Positions 38,969 to 53,507 of a DNA stretch of 64,000 nt are shown one piece after another. Under the pieces are notes generated by a model. It was not told the DNA's origin. It ran no database searches and worked only from the letters and a program-made list of their open reading frames with translations. A program made the translations under genes and the position numbers. Source of the stretch: Octopus bimaculoides (lineage: Eukaryota); the NCBI RefSeq assembly GCF_001194135.2, contig NC_068997.1, positions 46,853,054 through 46,917,053 of the forward strand, written 5' to 3'. Every line of letters begins with the position of its first letter. Positions within the stretch are counted from its first letter, which is position 1.

Positions 38969-40191
38969 CAGAGTACACACAGTTCGCACATTTTTGTGTC
39001 AACACCCGTAGTATGTTAACAACGTTGACACTCATACACATACGAACATACTTTTCTCTATTAGCATACACGTTGTAACACCTTTGCAACTCATACCTCT
39101 TTTTATATTAACACACACACAGCACAATTACATCGTCACACACACACTCACATACACATGCGCCAGACACATTTTGGCACTAACATATTCATTGTAACAA
39201 CATTGCAGCAGACACCTATTTTTATATCAGCATACACAGTATGACGACGTTGTCACACATATCTCGCACTCACAAAGACACGCACATATATCAATTCACA
39301 CACACACAGAGAAATATTCCTTCACATACACAAATACATGCACACGTACATATTCTAGCGGTAACATATACACGTTATCAAGTTTACATTGTCGTATATA
39401 TAAAATGAACCATTCCACGTCACTATTCAGCAGTACTACATTTTGTTGTAAATAAGAACCTCTTTTCATAATATTATTGCAAAAAACAAAAAGAAAAAAA
39501 AAAGGAAAAAATGAAAAACGAACGGTTGAACATGAATTGGTGTAATTCTTTCATTCTTTCATTCAAAGTTATTTGTGCAGCATTGGTCGGACTATGTTTT
39601 ACTGAACAGCTTAGCCAGACATTCTGTTATATAGTACACCTTGCATAATTTTACTTGTATTCTGTATCGGTCGTCTGTCTCAATGAATTAATATCATTTG
39701 AAATATTAACTTGACCATCTTGATAAATATATATTAGAATCTTCTACTTGATCCTAAATGACCAGACATATCACTGAATATGTTTTCTTTTGTGTTTTCT
39801 TGGTGTTTCGAAAGCAGTCTACATATTTCTTCCAATTACACACAATTCAGGAAGTATTAGATTAAAATAGCCATCTATGTATCATACTAAATGCGAATAC
39901 ACAGTCGATAGGCCAGTTAACGGAATAATTGTCCTGAGATAACATCTCTTATGGAGATTTATGGTGTTAAAAACACAGTAACTATAAGAGGAAAGCGAAA
40001 ATTCGTCCCAGTAGCGACCGGTAGGGGTGCCCGATGCATTTCAACATTTTATTCACCTTTTCAATGGTGCGTAATCGCAGCCGGTCACATACTCGGACGA
40101 GAATTCGTCACCACTATCATCTTTTATCTTTTATCTTTCACTTGTTTCAGTAATTATACTACGCCCATGTTGAAGAAAAGCAACAAAAATG

Positions 40192-41367
40192 TATTAGGTT
40201 ATAGCAGTACGTATGTTTCGTACTAACTTCATTTATTTATGTAGTGAGAACACCACATAAGATGTGCAATGAAAATGTACTCCGCAGCTGCATAATGGAA
40301 GTTCATTTCAGAAAGTCAAAAAAGGACGTAAAGCAGCTGAAACTACTCGCGGCATCAACAAAACGTTTGGTGAAGAAATGACCAATGAGTGGTCAGCTCG
40401 AAAATGATTTAAACGATTTCGCAGTGGAGACCCGAGTCTTGAAGATCGTGAGTGTTTTGCCGATCTGTCATGGATAACGGTCAATTAAAGACGGTCATTG
40501 AGAAAGATCCACGTAAAACCACCCGAGAACTAAAAAAAGAACTTCAGGTTAGCCAGAAAATTGCCTGCAACCATTTGCATGTGATCGGAAAATCAAAAAA
40601 GCTCGACAAATAGGTACCACACGATTTAAATGAAAATCAGAAAATGCGCAGATATGAAATTTGCTCGTCGCTTCTTTTCTGTAACCAGACCAATCAATTT
40701 CTCGACCGTATTGTTACATGCGATGAAAAGTAGATTCTGTACAATTATAAAAAAACTTTCTTCGCAGTGGCTGGACCAAAATGAAGCACCGAAAACCTTC
40801 CCTAAACCCAAAGTCTTTAAAAAGGAGGTTATAGTGACTGGTGGTGTACTGCTGGACTCATCCACTATAACTTCTTAAAACTCAGAAAAACCATTACTGC
40901 AGAAACATATTGCCATGAAATTGCCAAACTGAACGAAAAACTGCTACTCCTCCGTCCCAGACTGGTCAACAGAAGAGGGCCAATCATTCTTTATGACAAT
41001 GCTCGACCACACGTTTCTCTAATGACGCTCCAAAAGTTTAGGGAACTTGGCTACGAAGTTCTTCCCCAACCAGCTTATTCCCCAGACCTTTCTCCTACTG
41101 ACTACCACTTTTTCAAATACTTTGATGGTTTCCTATGAGAGAAGGAGTTCAAAAACCAAACCGATGCTGAAAGTGCGTTCAAAGAGTTCATCGACTCCAG
41201 AACTCCAGATTTTTATGTTTCCGGAATAAACAAATTTGTAACTCGTTAACAAAAATGTGTTGATCGTAATGGTACTTAGTTTGATGAATAAAATTTCCGC
41301 ATTGTTGAAATATATTGTGATGAATTTCATGTTTCAAAACGTTGCTTACTTTTTACTCAGCCTGATA
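40192..41367 (+). mobile_element. Near full-length mariner (D,D34D) with pseudogenised transposase
   Basis: DRIVTCDEK*I, QWLDQNEAPKTFPKP, ILYDNARPH, QPAYSPDLSPTDYHFF. TA-bounded degenerate TIRs (TATTAGGTT.. and ..CAGCCTGATA). Several stops and frameshifts. Confidence 0.9.
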
Positions 41368-42291
41368 TAAGCCTTAGCCCTCTTTGATAATTTCCATTAA
41401 AATATAATATAGAAGGTACTGATCTACGCAAAAGAAGCAGGCACATACAGAATATGTTACTATAAAAGGTACGGTTAATACAAAACGCTTCGCAAAATTA
41501 GATTCTGCTTGACTCGAATAACGTATTTTAGGCACTGCTCTATGTTGATTAATGACCAGATCATCAACAAGTGAAATTTCTAATCAGAAACATCAATGTC
41601 TAGGAAATGTAAAGTAGATGAGACCTTGTGTGCATGTTTTTGTGTTTACCTTTGTCTTCAACACCGCTTGACAACCGGTGATGCTTTCGACAAAAGATAT
41701 CGATAAAATAAGTGTCAAGTTTAAAAATAAGTACGAACTTGTTCCGCTAAACCCTTCAAGGTCGTGCCCCAGTATGGCCGTAAAACACTAACTGAAACAA
41801 GTGAAAGAAAATAAAAGCTGAAACACGGTGAAGGTGCGCTTGTGAAACGACGTTCGATGAAATGGAGAACTGAGTCACAAAAAAAGTTACGATTTACTGC
41901 TTTAAGCAGAGAAATGAAATTTGCTGTCAATTGTCTCATTCTGATACATTCACTTATTGACAACTTGCTATGTTACTATGCACTGCTTAACTTAAATATT
42001 TATTCACGGAATGTGTCTGTCATAATCAAAATTTATTCAGACATAACTTACCAGAATTTGTTTGACTATTCAGTGTATCGAGAGGTAGATTACAGTGAAT
42101 TAAATTGTTGCTGTCATTTACTGAGAAACGATACCGTTTTTGTGACTGATATGCAATTAGATGCTTCATACTGACTTACTTAACTGGAGAGCGGTATGTC
42201 TCTATGGAAACTGATCTGCTACAAGTAATGAATAGAGGGATGTCATTACGTTAATATGTGCGTATGTATATGTATGTTTGTACGTATATAA

Positions 42292-42350
<59 letters not shown>

Positions 42351-42400
42351 AATAGAAACAGGTTTCAAAGAAAAAAAGACTACATGTGCTAAAATAGGGG

Positions 42401-42824
42401 AAAAGTAAAAAAAATAAAGAAAATGCACATTAGGTATAAAAGTAATGGGTTTTTTTAAAAAAAAAAACAAAGATACATACATACAAATAAATGATTTGAG
42501 GTGGAATTAAGAAGTATAAAAATCATCATTATTAGTCAGTATAGAAAGTCAAAGTCATATCGGTTTCGTCAGAGCTGATCACTGACTTTAAATCAACATC
42601 GATTTCCAAACGGTATTGGGTCTGAGTGAAAAACTGCATACAAGGAATGTAAGCAGTTCTGACGAAACCAGTATGGTTATTACTTTTTATAATGACTACT
42701 AATGAATTTTATACTTAATTCCACCTCAAATCATTTATTTGCATGTAAATATCTTTGCTTTTGTAAGAAAAAAAGCTATTACTTTTATACCTAATGTGCG
42801 TTTTCTTTGTTTCATTTTACTTTT
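42401..42824. repeat. AT-rich fold-back element: ~175-bp inverted arms around a 76-bp spacer
   Basis: 42401-42577 is the reverse complement of 42654-42824 (e.g. CAAATAAATGATTTGAGGTGGAATTAAG; GCACATTAGGTATAAAAGTAAT; GGTTTCGTCAGA). Confidence 0.85.
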
Positions 42825-42852
42825 ACACACTCTCTCTTTCTCTCTCTCTCTC

Positions 42853-42888
<36 letters not shown>

Positions 42889-42894
<6 letters not shown>

Positions 42895-43731
42895 GTCTGA
42901 TTAACAAGTATCCGAACTGTTGCCATAGTAACGAAGCTAAAGCACACAGAGTAAAGCCGCTTGGCACAGGTTGACCTTGGACTCTACTGCACATGCGCAC
43001 TAAGTTTCAACGTTCTAGTTCACTTCCACTGTTTACAGCAGTCCTTGGAAGGAACATGTGCAGTGTGTGATCGTCGCATTGACGACGACAGAGAAAGTTG
43101 TCAACGCGGTACCTGCTCAGAGGCCTACGCAAAGTTGCATAAAGTGTATGGAGAGGAGTGTATGAGCCGCACACAAATATACGAGTGGTTCAGACGTTTC
43201 CAAGATGGCTGAAGAAATGTCGATAATGACGAACGTTCTGAGAGACCCGCAATCAGCAAAACTGTGACAAAACGTTGCAGATGTGCGTGCAACTGCGAGG
43301 GGATGTCATCGAATCACCATCCGTGAGGTGTCAGAGGATGTGCAGATTAGTTACGATTCTGTTCAGTCCATTATCACTGAAGATTTGGGTTTGAGATGCA
43401 TGTCTCCCAAGTTTGCGCCCAAGACTGCTTTCAGTATACCAAAAAGACACTCGGACTTCAGTTGCACAAAATCTCCTTAATTGTGTCGAGAACAATGACA
43501 TCTTTTTGAAAACTTTGCGTAGGCCTGTGTCATGGTCAATGCGACGATCACACACTACACACCTTCCTTGCAAGTATTACTGTAAACGGCGAAATTGAGC
43601 TAGAACGTGAAAACTCAGTGCCCATGCACAACAGAGTTCAAGTTCAATCTGTGCCAAGCGGCTTTATTCTGCGGGCTTTAACTTCGTTACTATGTCAACA
43701 GTCCGGATACTTATTGATCAGACCACGCATA
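42889..43731 (+). mobile_element. Mariner derivative with ~220-bp long inverted ends, encoding only the N-terminal HTH region
   Basis: TCSEAYAKLHKVYGEECMSRTQIYEWFRRFQDG...RITIREVSEDVQISYDSVQSIITEDLGLRCMSPKFAPK...NNDIFLKTL, then an inverted copy of the 5' end (43511-43731). Confidence 0.85.
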
Positions 43732-44255
43732 TATGTGTGTGTGTGTGTGCTAATACATATTGACGTATATAAATCTGTTACATAAACATAATACACATCA
43801 TTTTAAACACATTCAAACAATCGTACACATGCATATAACCACACGCATTCATACGACACTCATTTAACGAACGACACATACAAATACGTACACAAACACC
43901 TATCTCTAGACATTTAGCTTCAAACCATATACAATGGACATTATAAGCTCAATAGAAGAACTATAGTCTGCCTGTCATTCATTATGTTTATTATTGATCA
44001 TATATAAATAATAAAACATTGAATAAGCGAAAGATATGAACGAGATATGTCTACGTGTGTCTAGGTGAAGTGTCGTTAGTAAAACTTAGTTAACTTAGCA
44101 AAACTAGTCGATCTTCAGTGAATGGCCCGCTAATCCGATTTTGACTACTTTATGAAGATGACGATATCTGTCTACCATCATAATGTTAACAAGTTTATAC
44201 GGTTATGGCCAAGTGGCAGACGATCAGATGCCACCTCGCTACGTAATATAATATC

Positions 44256-44387
<132 letters not shown>

Positions 44388-45058
44388 TATGATTTACGAT
44401 GTATTTATATATATATAGATAGATAATGTGAATTTGGAGAGATGTATTATTCGGACGTCCATGTATTCTATATCGTTATAATTATTGCTTTTATATATAT
44501 ATTTATATATGATATGATATACGATATTACGATAAATATATAGTATATGTATTTGAATACATATATAAATATGATATATGAAGTATGTGTGTGTGTGTGT
44601 GTGTGTGGGGTATATGTTTAATTTTCATTTTTGTATTTATTTCAGTCATTCGACTGCGGCCATGATGGGGCAACGCGCTGAAAGCTTCTGGTCGAAAATA
44701 TCGAACCCAGTGCTTATTGCCTTGCATGTCTGGTACTTATACTGTCGGTCGCTTTTGACGAACCGCTAAGTTACAGGGATGTAAACAAACCGTTTATCAA
44801 ATGGTGGTAGGGGCAAACAGAGGCACAAAGACTTCCCCCCCCCCCGCCGACACACGCATACACACAGGACGGCGGGGAGGTTTCCACGCAGTTTTCGTCT
44901 GGAAAATTCATTCCCAAGTTATTAGTTGTCCTGGAGCTATAGTAAAAGACATTTGCCGGAGATGCTGCGCCATGGGTCCATACATTAAATCGATTGTTTG
45001 CAAAGCGAGCACACATACACACATGCACGCGCGCACGCGCACACAGACAGACAGACAG

Positions 45059-45090
<32 letters not shown>

Positions 45091-45183
45091 AATGTATCCA
45101 TGTACGCATGTATGTGTATATATCTATGTATTTACATTTGTATATATTTACATTTGTATGTATTTACATTTCTATGTATGTAT

Positions 45184-45930
45184 TTACTTTTCCCGCAACA
45201 ATCGAAACAATTCATCTTTAGATTTAGGTTTCTGTCGAGTTTTTCGTATAGCTCTATCTAGTATGCTCCAAAGATTTTCAATTGGGTTCATGTCAGGAGA
45301 TTGGCTCGGCCAAGGAAGCTTTTTTGATCCCATTTTCAGTCAGCAATTGTTGATTCCTTTTCGCTGTGTGGTATGGAGCCCCATCTTCCATGAATAAAAA
45401 CTCATTTTTCATTATGTTATTGCTTAAGTATTTCGATGTATTTTTCAGAGTTTATGGTTGCAACGCATTCGATCAGCTCAGAACGACCATTGCTGGTGAC
45501 AGCTCCCCATACCATTACAGAGATATCGTCATGTTTCACAGTTGGTTGGAGTCGTTTCAAATCAAATTCTTGATTGGGAAGCCTCCAGACCCAAACACGT
45601 CCACTGTCTGAAAATAATGCAAATCTGGATTCATCTGAGAAAATCACTCTATCCCAAAATGAACTGGATTTTTCTGACATCTCCTTAGCCCAATTCTTTC
45701 TTTTCATGATATCAATTGTTTGAAGGAGAGGTTTTCTTCTAGCTGCTCGTCCATAATACCCAAGCTTATGCAGATATGTAACACACGTTCTTAGACTAAC
45801 TTCTAGCTGTTTTGCAATGTCAGAAGCCTCCGAACGGGGTTCGTTTTCCACAATTCTCTTCATGCAGAGAAGCTTCCCTTCCGGGGGCCTAGGTCGGCCG
45901 GGATCAGAATCGATTCTTTTCCATGGCTTT
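45184..45930 (-). pseudogene. Tc1-family transposase (D,D34E) fragment
   Basis: ORF 45417-45863: ARRKPLL...WDRVIFSDESRF...VKHDDISVMVWGA. It continues out of frame as FIHEDGAPYHTA...WPSQSPDMNPIENLWS. No TIRs seen. Confidence 0.9.
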
Positions 45931-46575
45931 TGAATTGCACTATAATTCTATTAACACACATACATGCATATGTCATATGTACATGTACACGTTTGTATAC
46001 AAACACACATATACATAAAGTGATCGGACGTGTTAAAAGGCAAATTAAAAGACAATACTGAGGTTGTAGCTTACAAATTTAATTTCAAAGATATCAAAAC
46101 GCTATATAAATTATTCATAGGATTGTCATATTAAAAATTAAAAAAACTCCTTGGATTATCTATATCCATTGCTGTGAACATCTCCCTGATTAACCTTCTA
46201 CATGTAACAGTTAACCTTGCTAATAGTCTCTCTATATAAACTTTATCGGAACTGAACGAAAGCTTACGCTTTATAAATAGTTTGGTACTTCAGCAAGATC
46301 TCTAGAAGCGGAGATAAGAATTGTGTATCATTAAAGGTTAACAAGTACGCGGGTTAATGAACACATTTTAAAAATACATTATTGGTATAATGATAAGGTT
46401 TCAGTACGAAGTGTGTCTAAGGACATAACACGCACACAAACACACACACACACACAAAGAATACATATTCTTGTTTGTGTGATTATATATATATATATAT
46501 ATAAATATAAACATATATATGTATATATGCGTATATGTATAAGTACATATATATGTTTTTACATATATATATGTG

Positions 46576-46624
<49 letters not shown>

Positions 46625-46842
46625 ACGGTACTACTGTATCACCAGCATGCTAGAAATAGCAGTCAAAATGGCTCAAAACCACACTTTCCACTTGTTTACA
46701 AGGGTGAAATCGGGGGAACGAGCAGTAAAATTTTAAGACCCTGGTGCTACAAGTAGTACTCTTCATTATTAATTGATAATTTTGCCTCTATGCGTCTTTT
46801 ACGCATGCTAGTCACTGATATTATTGTAAATTATTAACAGTA

Positions 46843-47160
46843 GTATTCTTGGTTTAGGACGAATGTTGCTATAATTTAATCCCAGGAGACATCATCTCCA
46901 GCAGGCTATATTTTCGAACAAGGGAATGTAGCACCCCCACTCAGCTCAAAACAATGTCTCTGTATCGCGATTTCCAGGTTATTTCCGGGTTATATCACGA
47001 TACACAAATATTGTTTTGAGCTGAGTAGGTGTGCTAGATTCCCTTGTTCGAAAACATAAGGACACAGATCGTGTCGTATAGCCAGCTGGAGATGATGAAT
47101 CCTGGAGATGATGAATCCTGGAGCTAAATTACAGCAACATTCGTCCTAAACCAGGAATGC
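46843..47160. mobile_element. Palindromic MITE-like hairpin element (~130-165-bp arms, 22-nt spacer)
   Basis: ATTCTTGGTTTAGGACGAATGTTGC...TTCGAACAAGGGAAT.TAGCAC...CTCAGCTCAAAACAAT matches its reverse complement. The right arm has a 16-bp tandem duplication (CTGGAGATGATGAATC). Confidence 0.85.
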
Positions 47161-47239
47161 CACCTGGAAGGCCTGCACGGCGACAGAAAGAAAATTTAAT
47201 TCAGCAACTTCAATCCAGATGGAAAAGAATACGATAATT

Positions 47240-47363
47240 GTGATCGTGGTGGGTGTATAGCTGCACATGATAGTCTGGGAAATGCTGTAATATTCTGATA
47301 ATATATCATAGTATCACATTATCACCCAGATTATCAGATGCAGCTATATACACCCATGATCAC
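47240..47363. repeat. Second short palindrome (~40-bp arms)
   Basis: GTGATCGTGGTGGGTGTATAGCTGCACATGATAGTCTGGG versus CCCAGATTATCAGATGCAGCTATATACACCCATGATCAC. Confidence 0.75.
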
Positions 47364-47437
47364 GTTCTGGTGTCAAATACATTTTAAAAGTATATTCTAC
47401 AACTTTTACTTTCTATATTCATCATTGTAAGCGTACA

Positions 47438-47512
<75 letters not shown>

Positions 47513-47850
47513 GTATCGACACAAAAACTGAGAGCTTCTGTTTCACATCGCTGCGATCATCACGCAAATAAAATGGTGTGAAATTCGAGTTGCGAGTCAA
47601 ACGTCCGGATTAGTTTCAATAAAAAGGATATCTTCTACATGTATTGAGTATTCCTTTCTCATTCGTTCTACATAAAGCAACATACGTGCGCGCGCGCGTG
47701 TGTATACATGTTTGTGTGTATGTGTGTGTGTGCGTGCGTGTTCGTGTGTGTGTGCTTGTGTATGTGTGCATGATACGTATGTATGCATGTATGTATTTAT
47801 ATGTATGAATATATGTATATTATTCTGCGTGTGTTTGTGTGTGTGTATGT

Positions 47851-47891
<41 letters not shown>

Positions 47892-48610
47892 CATATACAT
47901 ATGTATGTATGTATGTATGTATGTATATATATATATGAATGTAATGTTTAACGCTGGTTGGTAGGCAAGGACTGTGGTATATGCCGTATGATTTAATATG
48001 CCGTATGATTAAATATATTCTAGAATGCGCCACTTTCTCGAAATCTCATAGACTGTCTGAGTAGTCGAAAAAAGTTATGAAAGATCATTATAATATTTCT
48101 AGCCATGAAACTTGTAATCCTTTAATTCAATAATACCCAACTGCTTCATCTTATTTCTGTATAATAAAGTCTATCGCCGTATCAGTATTTCACTTGAATT
48201 TCTTAACTAAGATGGACGTAACGTACTTATCGTCTGCTAATTCAGTTCACTAGTTTTTAACGAGAGAAACTTTTATACACACATTCACACACACACACAA
48301 ACACACAGACTCACGTACATGCATACATATACACACACATACACACACATATACATACACACTCACATACGCGTACACACCAAGATGCATATATAAGCAC
48401 ATACGGTAATTCTAAGATTAACGTCTGAAGGCTTAGGCTTAGGCGTAACTGTGGAGCAAGAAGTCAGATGTTTGCTTCCTAATCACATGGTTTCGGGTTC
48501 ACTTCAACTGCCTGGTTCCTTGAACAAGTGTGTACAACTGTATTTCTGGACCGAGCAATGCATTGTGTGTGGAAACTGAAAGAAGCCCATCGTATATATA
48601 AAGATAAATA

Positions 48611-49105
48611 TATACGTGGTTTGCACAGATTGATCTTGAACTCTCCATGCGCACTAGGTTTTAACGTTTTAGCTCACTTCTGCCGTCTGCAGCAGTGCTT
48701 GGAAGGAACGTGTGTCGCGTGTGGTCGTCGCATTGACCATGACAAAGTTGAGCAGAGAATCTGCTTTAAAATTTTGCCAAAAGCTTGACGATACCTGCTC
48801 AGAGATCTATGTAAAGTTTTCAAAAAGTTTTCATTGTTTTCTGCACAGTCAAGGAGATCTTCTGCAACTGAAACCCGAGTGTCATTTTGCTCAGCTGAAA
48901 GCAGTTTTGGGCACAAACTTGGCAGACATGCGTCTCATACTCAAATCTTCAGTGATAATGGACTGAACTGAACCGTAACTAATCTGCACATCCTCTGATA
49001 CCTCACGGATGATGATTCGACGATATCCCCTCGCAGCTGCCTGCACATCTGCGATGTTTTTCTCGGTTCTGTTGGTTGCGGGTCTCTCAGAAGACTTGAA
49101 CACAG
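48611..49105 (-). mobile_element. Second, truncated copy of the long-inverted-end mariner derivative, in opposite orientation
   Basis: Minus strand NIADVQAAARGYRRIIIREVSEDVQISYGSVQSIITEDLSMRRMSAKFVPK...NENFLKTL. Same inversion junction (GTAAAGTT, 48811-48818) as copy 1. Confidence 0.85.
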
Positions 49106-49499
49106 ATCGTGCACCTTATGGACCCTTGCATAGCTATAATCAAGTTGTAGTGAAGGCTCGTGGCTTCGTGTTTATGGTATTCGGCTCACAGTCGTGAGGT
49201 CGTGAGTTTGATTTGCGGCCGAGTGTTGTGTCCTTGACCAAGACACTTTATTTCACGTTGTCTTTCACCTCTCATGTGGCAAAAATGAATTGTACCTGTA
49301 ATTCAAAGAGCCAGCCTTGTCTCACTCTGTGTTCACGCTGAATCCCCCTGAGACACACGTTAAGGGCACACACGTCACTTGCATGTTAATTTAACGAGCA
49401 GGCTGTTTCGTTGATCGGATCAACTGGAGCACTCGTCGTTGTAACCGACGGAGAGCCAGGCTAATGTGCCCTACATTTCGAAAGACGACTGACTGCCTG

Positions 49500-50258
49500 A
49501 AAAATCAAGTTGTATAGTCAACGTTTCCAGACATCGAACAAAACACCATACGTCTGAGTAAGTGTAAAGATTGTCAACAACAAACTCGGAAAGAAGACAA
49601 GCAAAGCCACAAGTATTGATTTTAGTGATACCAGCACTCCTGATCTACTTGTTGAATATCAAACGCCTTCACAGAAGTTTATAAGCCAATACATTTCTTG
49701 CCATCATTCATTGCTTGCTTTCTGCCTTGTCAAAACGCCAAAAAGCTTATCAAAAGGTGAGTGACGTATTTGAATTCCTTTATCAGTAACGGGCATTTAA
49801 ACCTGAAGAGACTGTAAAGAGGTCATCAAATATTGTCAAATTATCATCCGGAAGATCTGGGAAAATCTCGGTGAAGTATTGGTTTGGTTTATAGAATTGT
49901 TTAAAACTGATATCGCTTCTCAAATTAGCTCCAAACATGACCTTGTTGATATAAAGTTTGTCCGTTTGATAAATGGCTTTTCTTTGGAGTCGTATTCTCC
50001 AAATGTAGAAAATGTCTGACACATCTATTCGTCACTCGTAGTTATTAACTGTATTGGAGAACGCTCAATTTCACAAGTAGAAAGGAATTTAGAATGAACG
50101 AGGGAGCAGTAAAGGACAAACTGATTGAACAAGCTTACTGGAATGAATGTTGAACATGAATTTCTGCATGAAATAGACGCTTTCAGTATCAACGACATAT
50201 GTGTTCAGGCTAGAGCTGGAAAATGTAACTTTAAATATTGTAGCTTACGATCTAAGTA
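49500..50258 (+). pseudogene. hAT transposase C-terminal (dimerisation domain) relic
   Basis: NTFLAIIHCLLSALSKRQKAYQKVSDVFEFL; YHPEDL; SLESYSPNVENV*HIYSSLVVINCIGERSIS (GERS 50056-50067); LNKLTGMNVEHEFLHEIDAFSIND. Confidence 0.75.
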
Positions 50259-50628
50259 AAAGCAAAATGTGATTGAACATTATGTGAATTTCATTTTTAT
50301 TTGAGGATGCTTAATAATCCTTACTACAAACCTTACCCTTAGGACTCTTCTGCAACACATGCAGATACATACTTTAGCACTGCTATGCATGTATGTATGT
50401 ATGTATGTATGTATGTACGTATGTACGTATGTTTATATATATACAAATAGATAGAGGGAGAGAGAAAGAGAGACAGACAAAGAGAGGAAGAGATATATAT
50501 ATATAGACTGACAGACAGACAAAGAGATAGACTGACTGATTGATTGGTTGATTGACTGATAGAAATAGGTATATATGTATATATAAAAATTCGAAAATAT
50601 ATATATATATATTATATATTATATATAT

Positions 50629-50686
<58 letters not shown>

Positions 50687-53507
50687 ATTGCTTGATAGAA
50701 ATAACTATCTATGTACCTATCTATCTATATGTTTATATACATATACATTCATACGCACACGCACGCGCTCGCGCGCACACACACACACACGTACGTGTAT
50801 ATATATATATATATATATANNNNNNNNNNNNNNNNNNNNNNNNNNNNNNNNNNNNNNNNNNNNNNNNNNNATAAGGGAAAACGTTAAGAGATTTTCATAT
50901 GGGTAGATTTATAATGAAGGACAAAAAGGAGAAAATACTGCATCATAGATAATAGAAAGAATTTACATTTTATCAAAATATGCTACCGGTTTCAATCGCT
51001 TTAGTAAAACGGAACATAAATTGGAATGTATTAAATTCATGATGTTGTTCCTGAAAGTTCACGTTTTTCTCACAAAGGTCACATGATGCAGGTAGTTCGT
51101 TTTCTTCTGATTGTTGCTGGGTCGACTACTAAATTTAGTCCGAAGTGCCAAACTGTGGGACTGAATCCGAAACCACATAATTGCAAGTGAGCTTCGTAAC
51201 CACACAACCAATGGTTGTTTTTTATAGTATCTAACAGCTCTAACAGTTCGTCACCTAGTAACGATTAGAATCAACATCTCACTTTAGATGGTCTAACTAT
51301 GATAATAGTTAAAAAAGTACAATACGACTACATTTTCTGTTTACATGTCTGTTTACATTCAGTTTAAGTAAATTTAGCGAAAAATAATGATTAAAGAAAA
51401 AATATATATTCTTTTACAAAAAAAAAAAGGGATAGGTATGCAAACCTGCATTAAGTAATCAACTAGTCATGTTGAACATTTATTTAAATGATCGTTATCT
51501 CAATTTGATGTGATGGGTTTAATTTAAATATATCTCCTACTTTAAGTGTTATACTCACTAATAAAGTTTTTATACTAAATGACAACATCGAGCGATTCAG
51601 TTCGTTTATCTTTTACTTGTTTAAGTCATTGGATGGCAGCCATACTGGAACACTGCCTTAAATGGTTTAAGTCGATCAAATCGACCCCAGTACTTGTCTT
51701 TTCAAGTTTGGTAGTTTTTCTATCAGTCACTTTTGATGTACCTCTAAGTTACTTATTCCATCGGTCGTTTTTTGCGTACTGCTAACTTACATGAACATAA
51801 ACAAACCAACACTGGTTGTCAAGCACTGTGCGTGTAAGTTTGTGCGTGTGCGTGAACAAACACAGACACAAAGACACACACACACGTATCCATATATATA
51901 TATGAAAGCTTTCGCACAGTTTCCGTTTAACAAATTCATTCACAAGTCATTGGTCGATCAAGGGTTATAAGTAAAAGACACACACCTAAGGTCCGGCACA
52001 CCGGAACCGAACACAAAACCATGTGGCTGCAAAGTGGATGAATACAATGAATACCATAGCTATATATAAAGTCAGAAAATGAAGCAGAAAGAAAGTCCTA
52101 CCGATAGGTAGAAACAGAAAATAGGAAAAAAAAAACCCTTAAAAGGCCCTATTCCTCTGAACCTCCTCCCACCCCCGAAAAAAAAACAATAAACACAAAT
52201 GCAGATGCAATCCGAAAACTCGTCCAGTTCTTTAATCCATTTAAGTCACTATACTTACCACTCTTTTATCTCCTTCTATACGTTGGATAAACAGATTTCA
52301 CTAAGTGGAGATAGACACAATCTGTCTTCACACAGCGTACTTCTAATTACTCCACTAAACACGATACTCCAATAAATACAAACACTCAACGATCTCAATG
52401 GCTTCCTACGACTTCCACGAACACTCAACGACTCCTACGGCTTATCCTAGTCTCAACCAATACGTTACTCTTTATAAGATTTCGGCTAGAAAATTCTTTC
52501 AATCCCACAGGGGTAGCAATGACTCTCGCCACAACATATATCGTGTCATTGGCAAAATTTTTTTTTACAACTGCAGTATTTTATATCAATACCATTTCCC
52601 CTCAAAATGTCAAGTAGACTTTCAGCTAGCTTTTCAATAATATGACATTCTTTAACCCAAAACTTCATAAATCGTATGTCTGGAGTAAAATCTAATGAAA
52701 CAATAATTTCTTCCCTTCCCATATGTTATCCAGTATACGGGATCTAATCAGATTTATGGATTCTTTAGATGTTATTTTAGATAGATACGATTTATATCTC
52801 TTATATTTGTTTGCATGAGTATGTATATGCTTAGCAAGAAAATGAGCAAATTTTATTCCAGCATTACCAAGTAAGTTCTGTTATGGAGAAAGTCAATAGT
52901 TTCATAGATACCAGGGAATGAAAGAACTCGGGCTATTAAAAATTTTACAACAATATGCAAAAAGAAGTTTGTAATAATTGCAAGTACATTGTTTATTACT
53001 CTCTCTCTATCTCTCTCTCTCTCTCACTCACTAACTCACTCGTTCACTCACTCATGCAAACATACACACACATACATACATATATAAAAGAATAAAAGAA
53101 TATATATATACATATATATATATACATACATAATATATTTGTATGTGTGTGTGTATGTGTTATCTACTGTTTTTAAATAATTGATTTCTTCCTCTGAGGA
53201 AGGAGCTGGCTTCTAACAAAGATACAACGGCTCTATCAATGGAGCACTTCCCTCCTCCTCCTCCTCCTCCTCCTCCTCCTNNNNNNNNNNNNNNNNNNNN
53301 NNNNNNNNNNNNNNNNNNNNNNNNNNNNNNNNNNNNNNNNNNNNNNNNNNNNNNNNNNNNNNNNNNNNNNNNNNNNNNNNNNNNNCTACTACTACTACTA
53401 CTACTACTACTACAAAAAAGTCTAACCACATCTCGTTTTTATTTGAACTTAGCTATTTTATATCGAATTATTACTATTATTATTCTTTATGGAAACGAAC
53501 TGCCCGC

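Noticed and set aside
49783-50022. 79-aa minus-strand ORF that looks protein-like
   Set aside because: Antisense to the hAT transposase relic on the plus strand.
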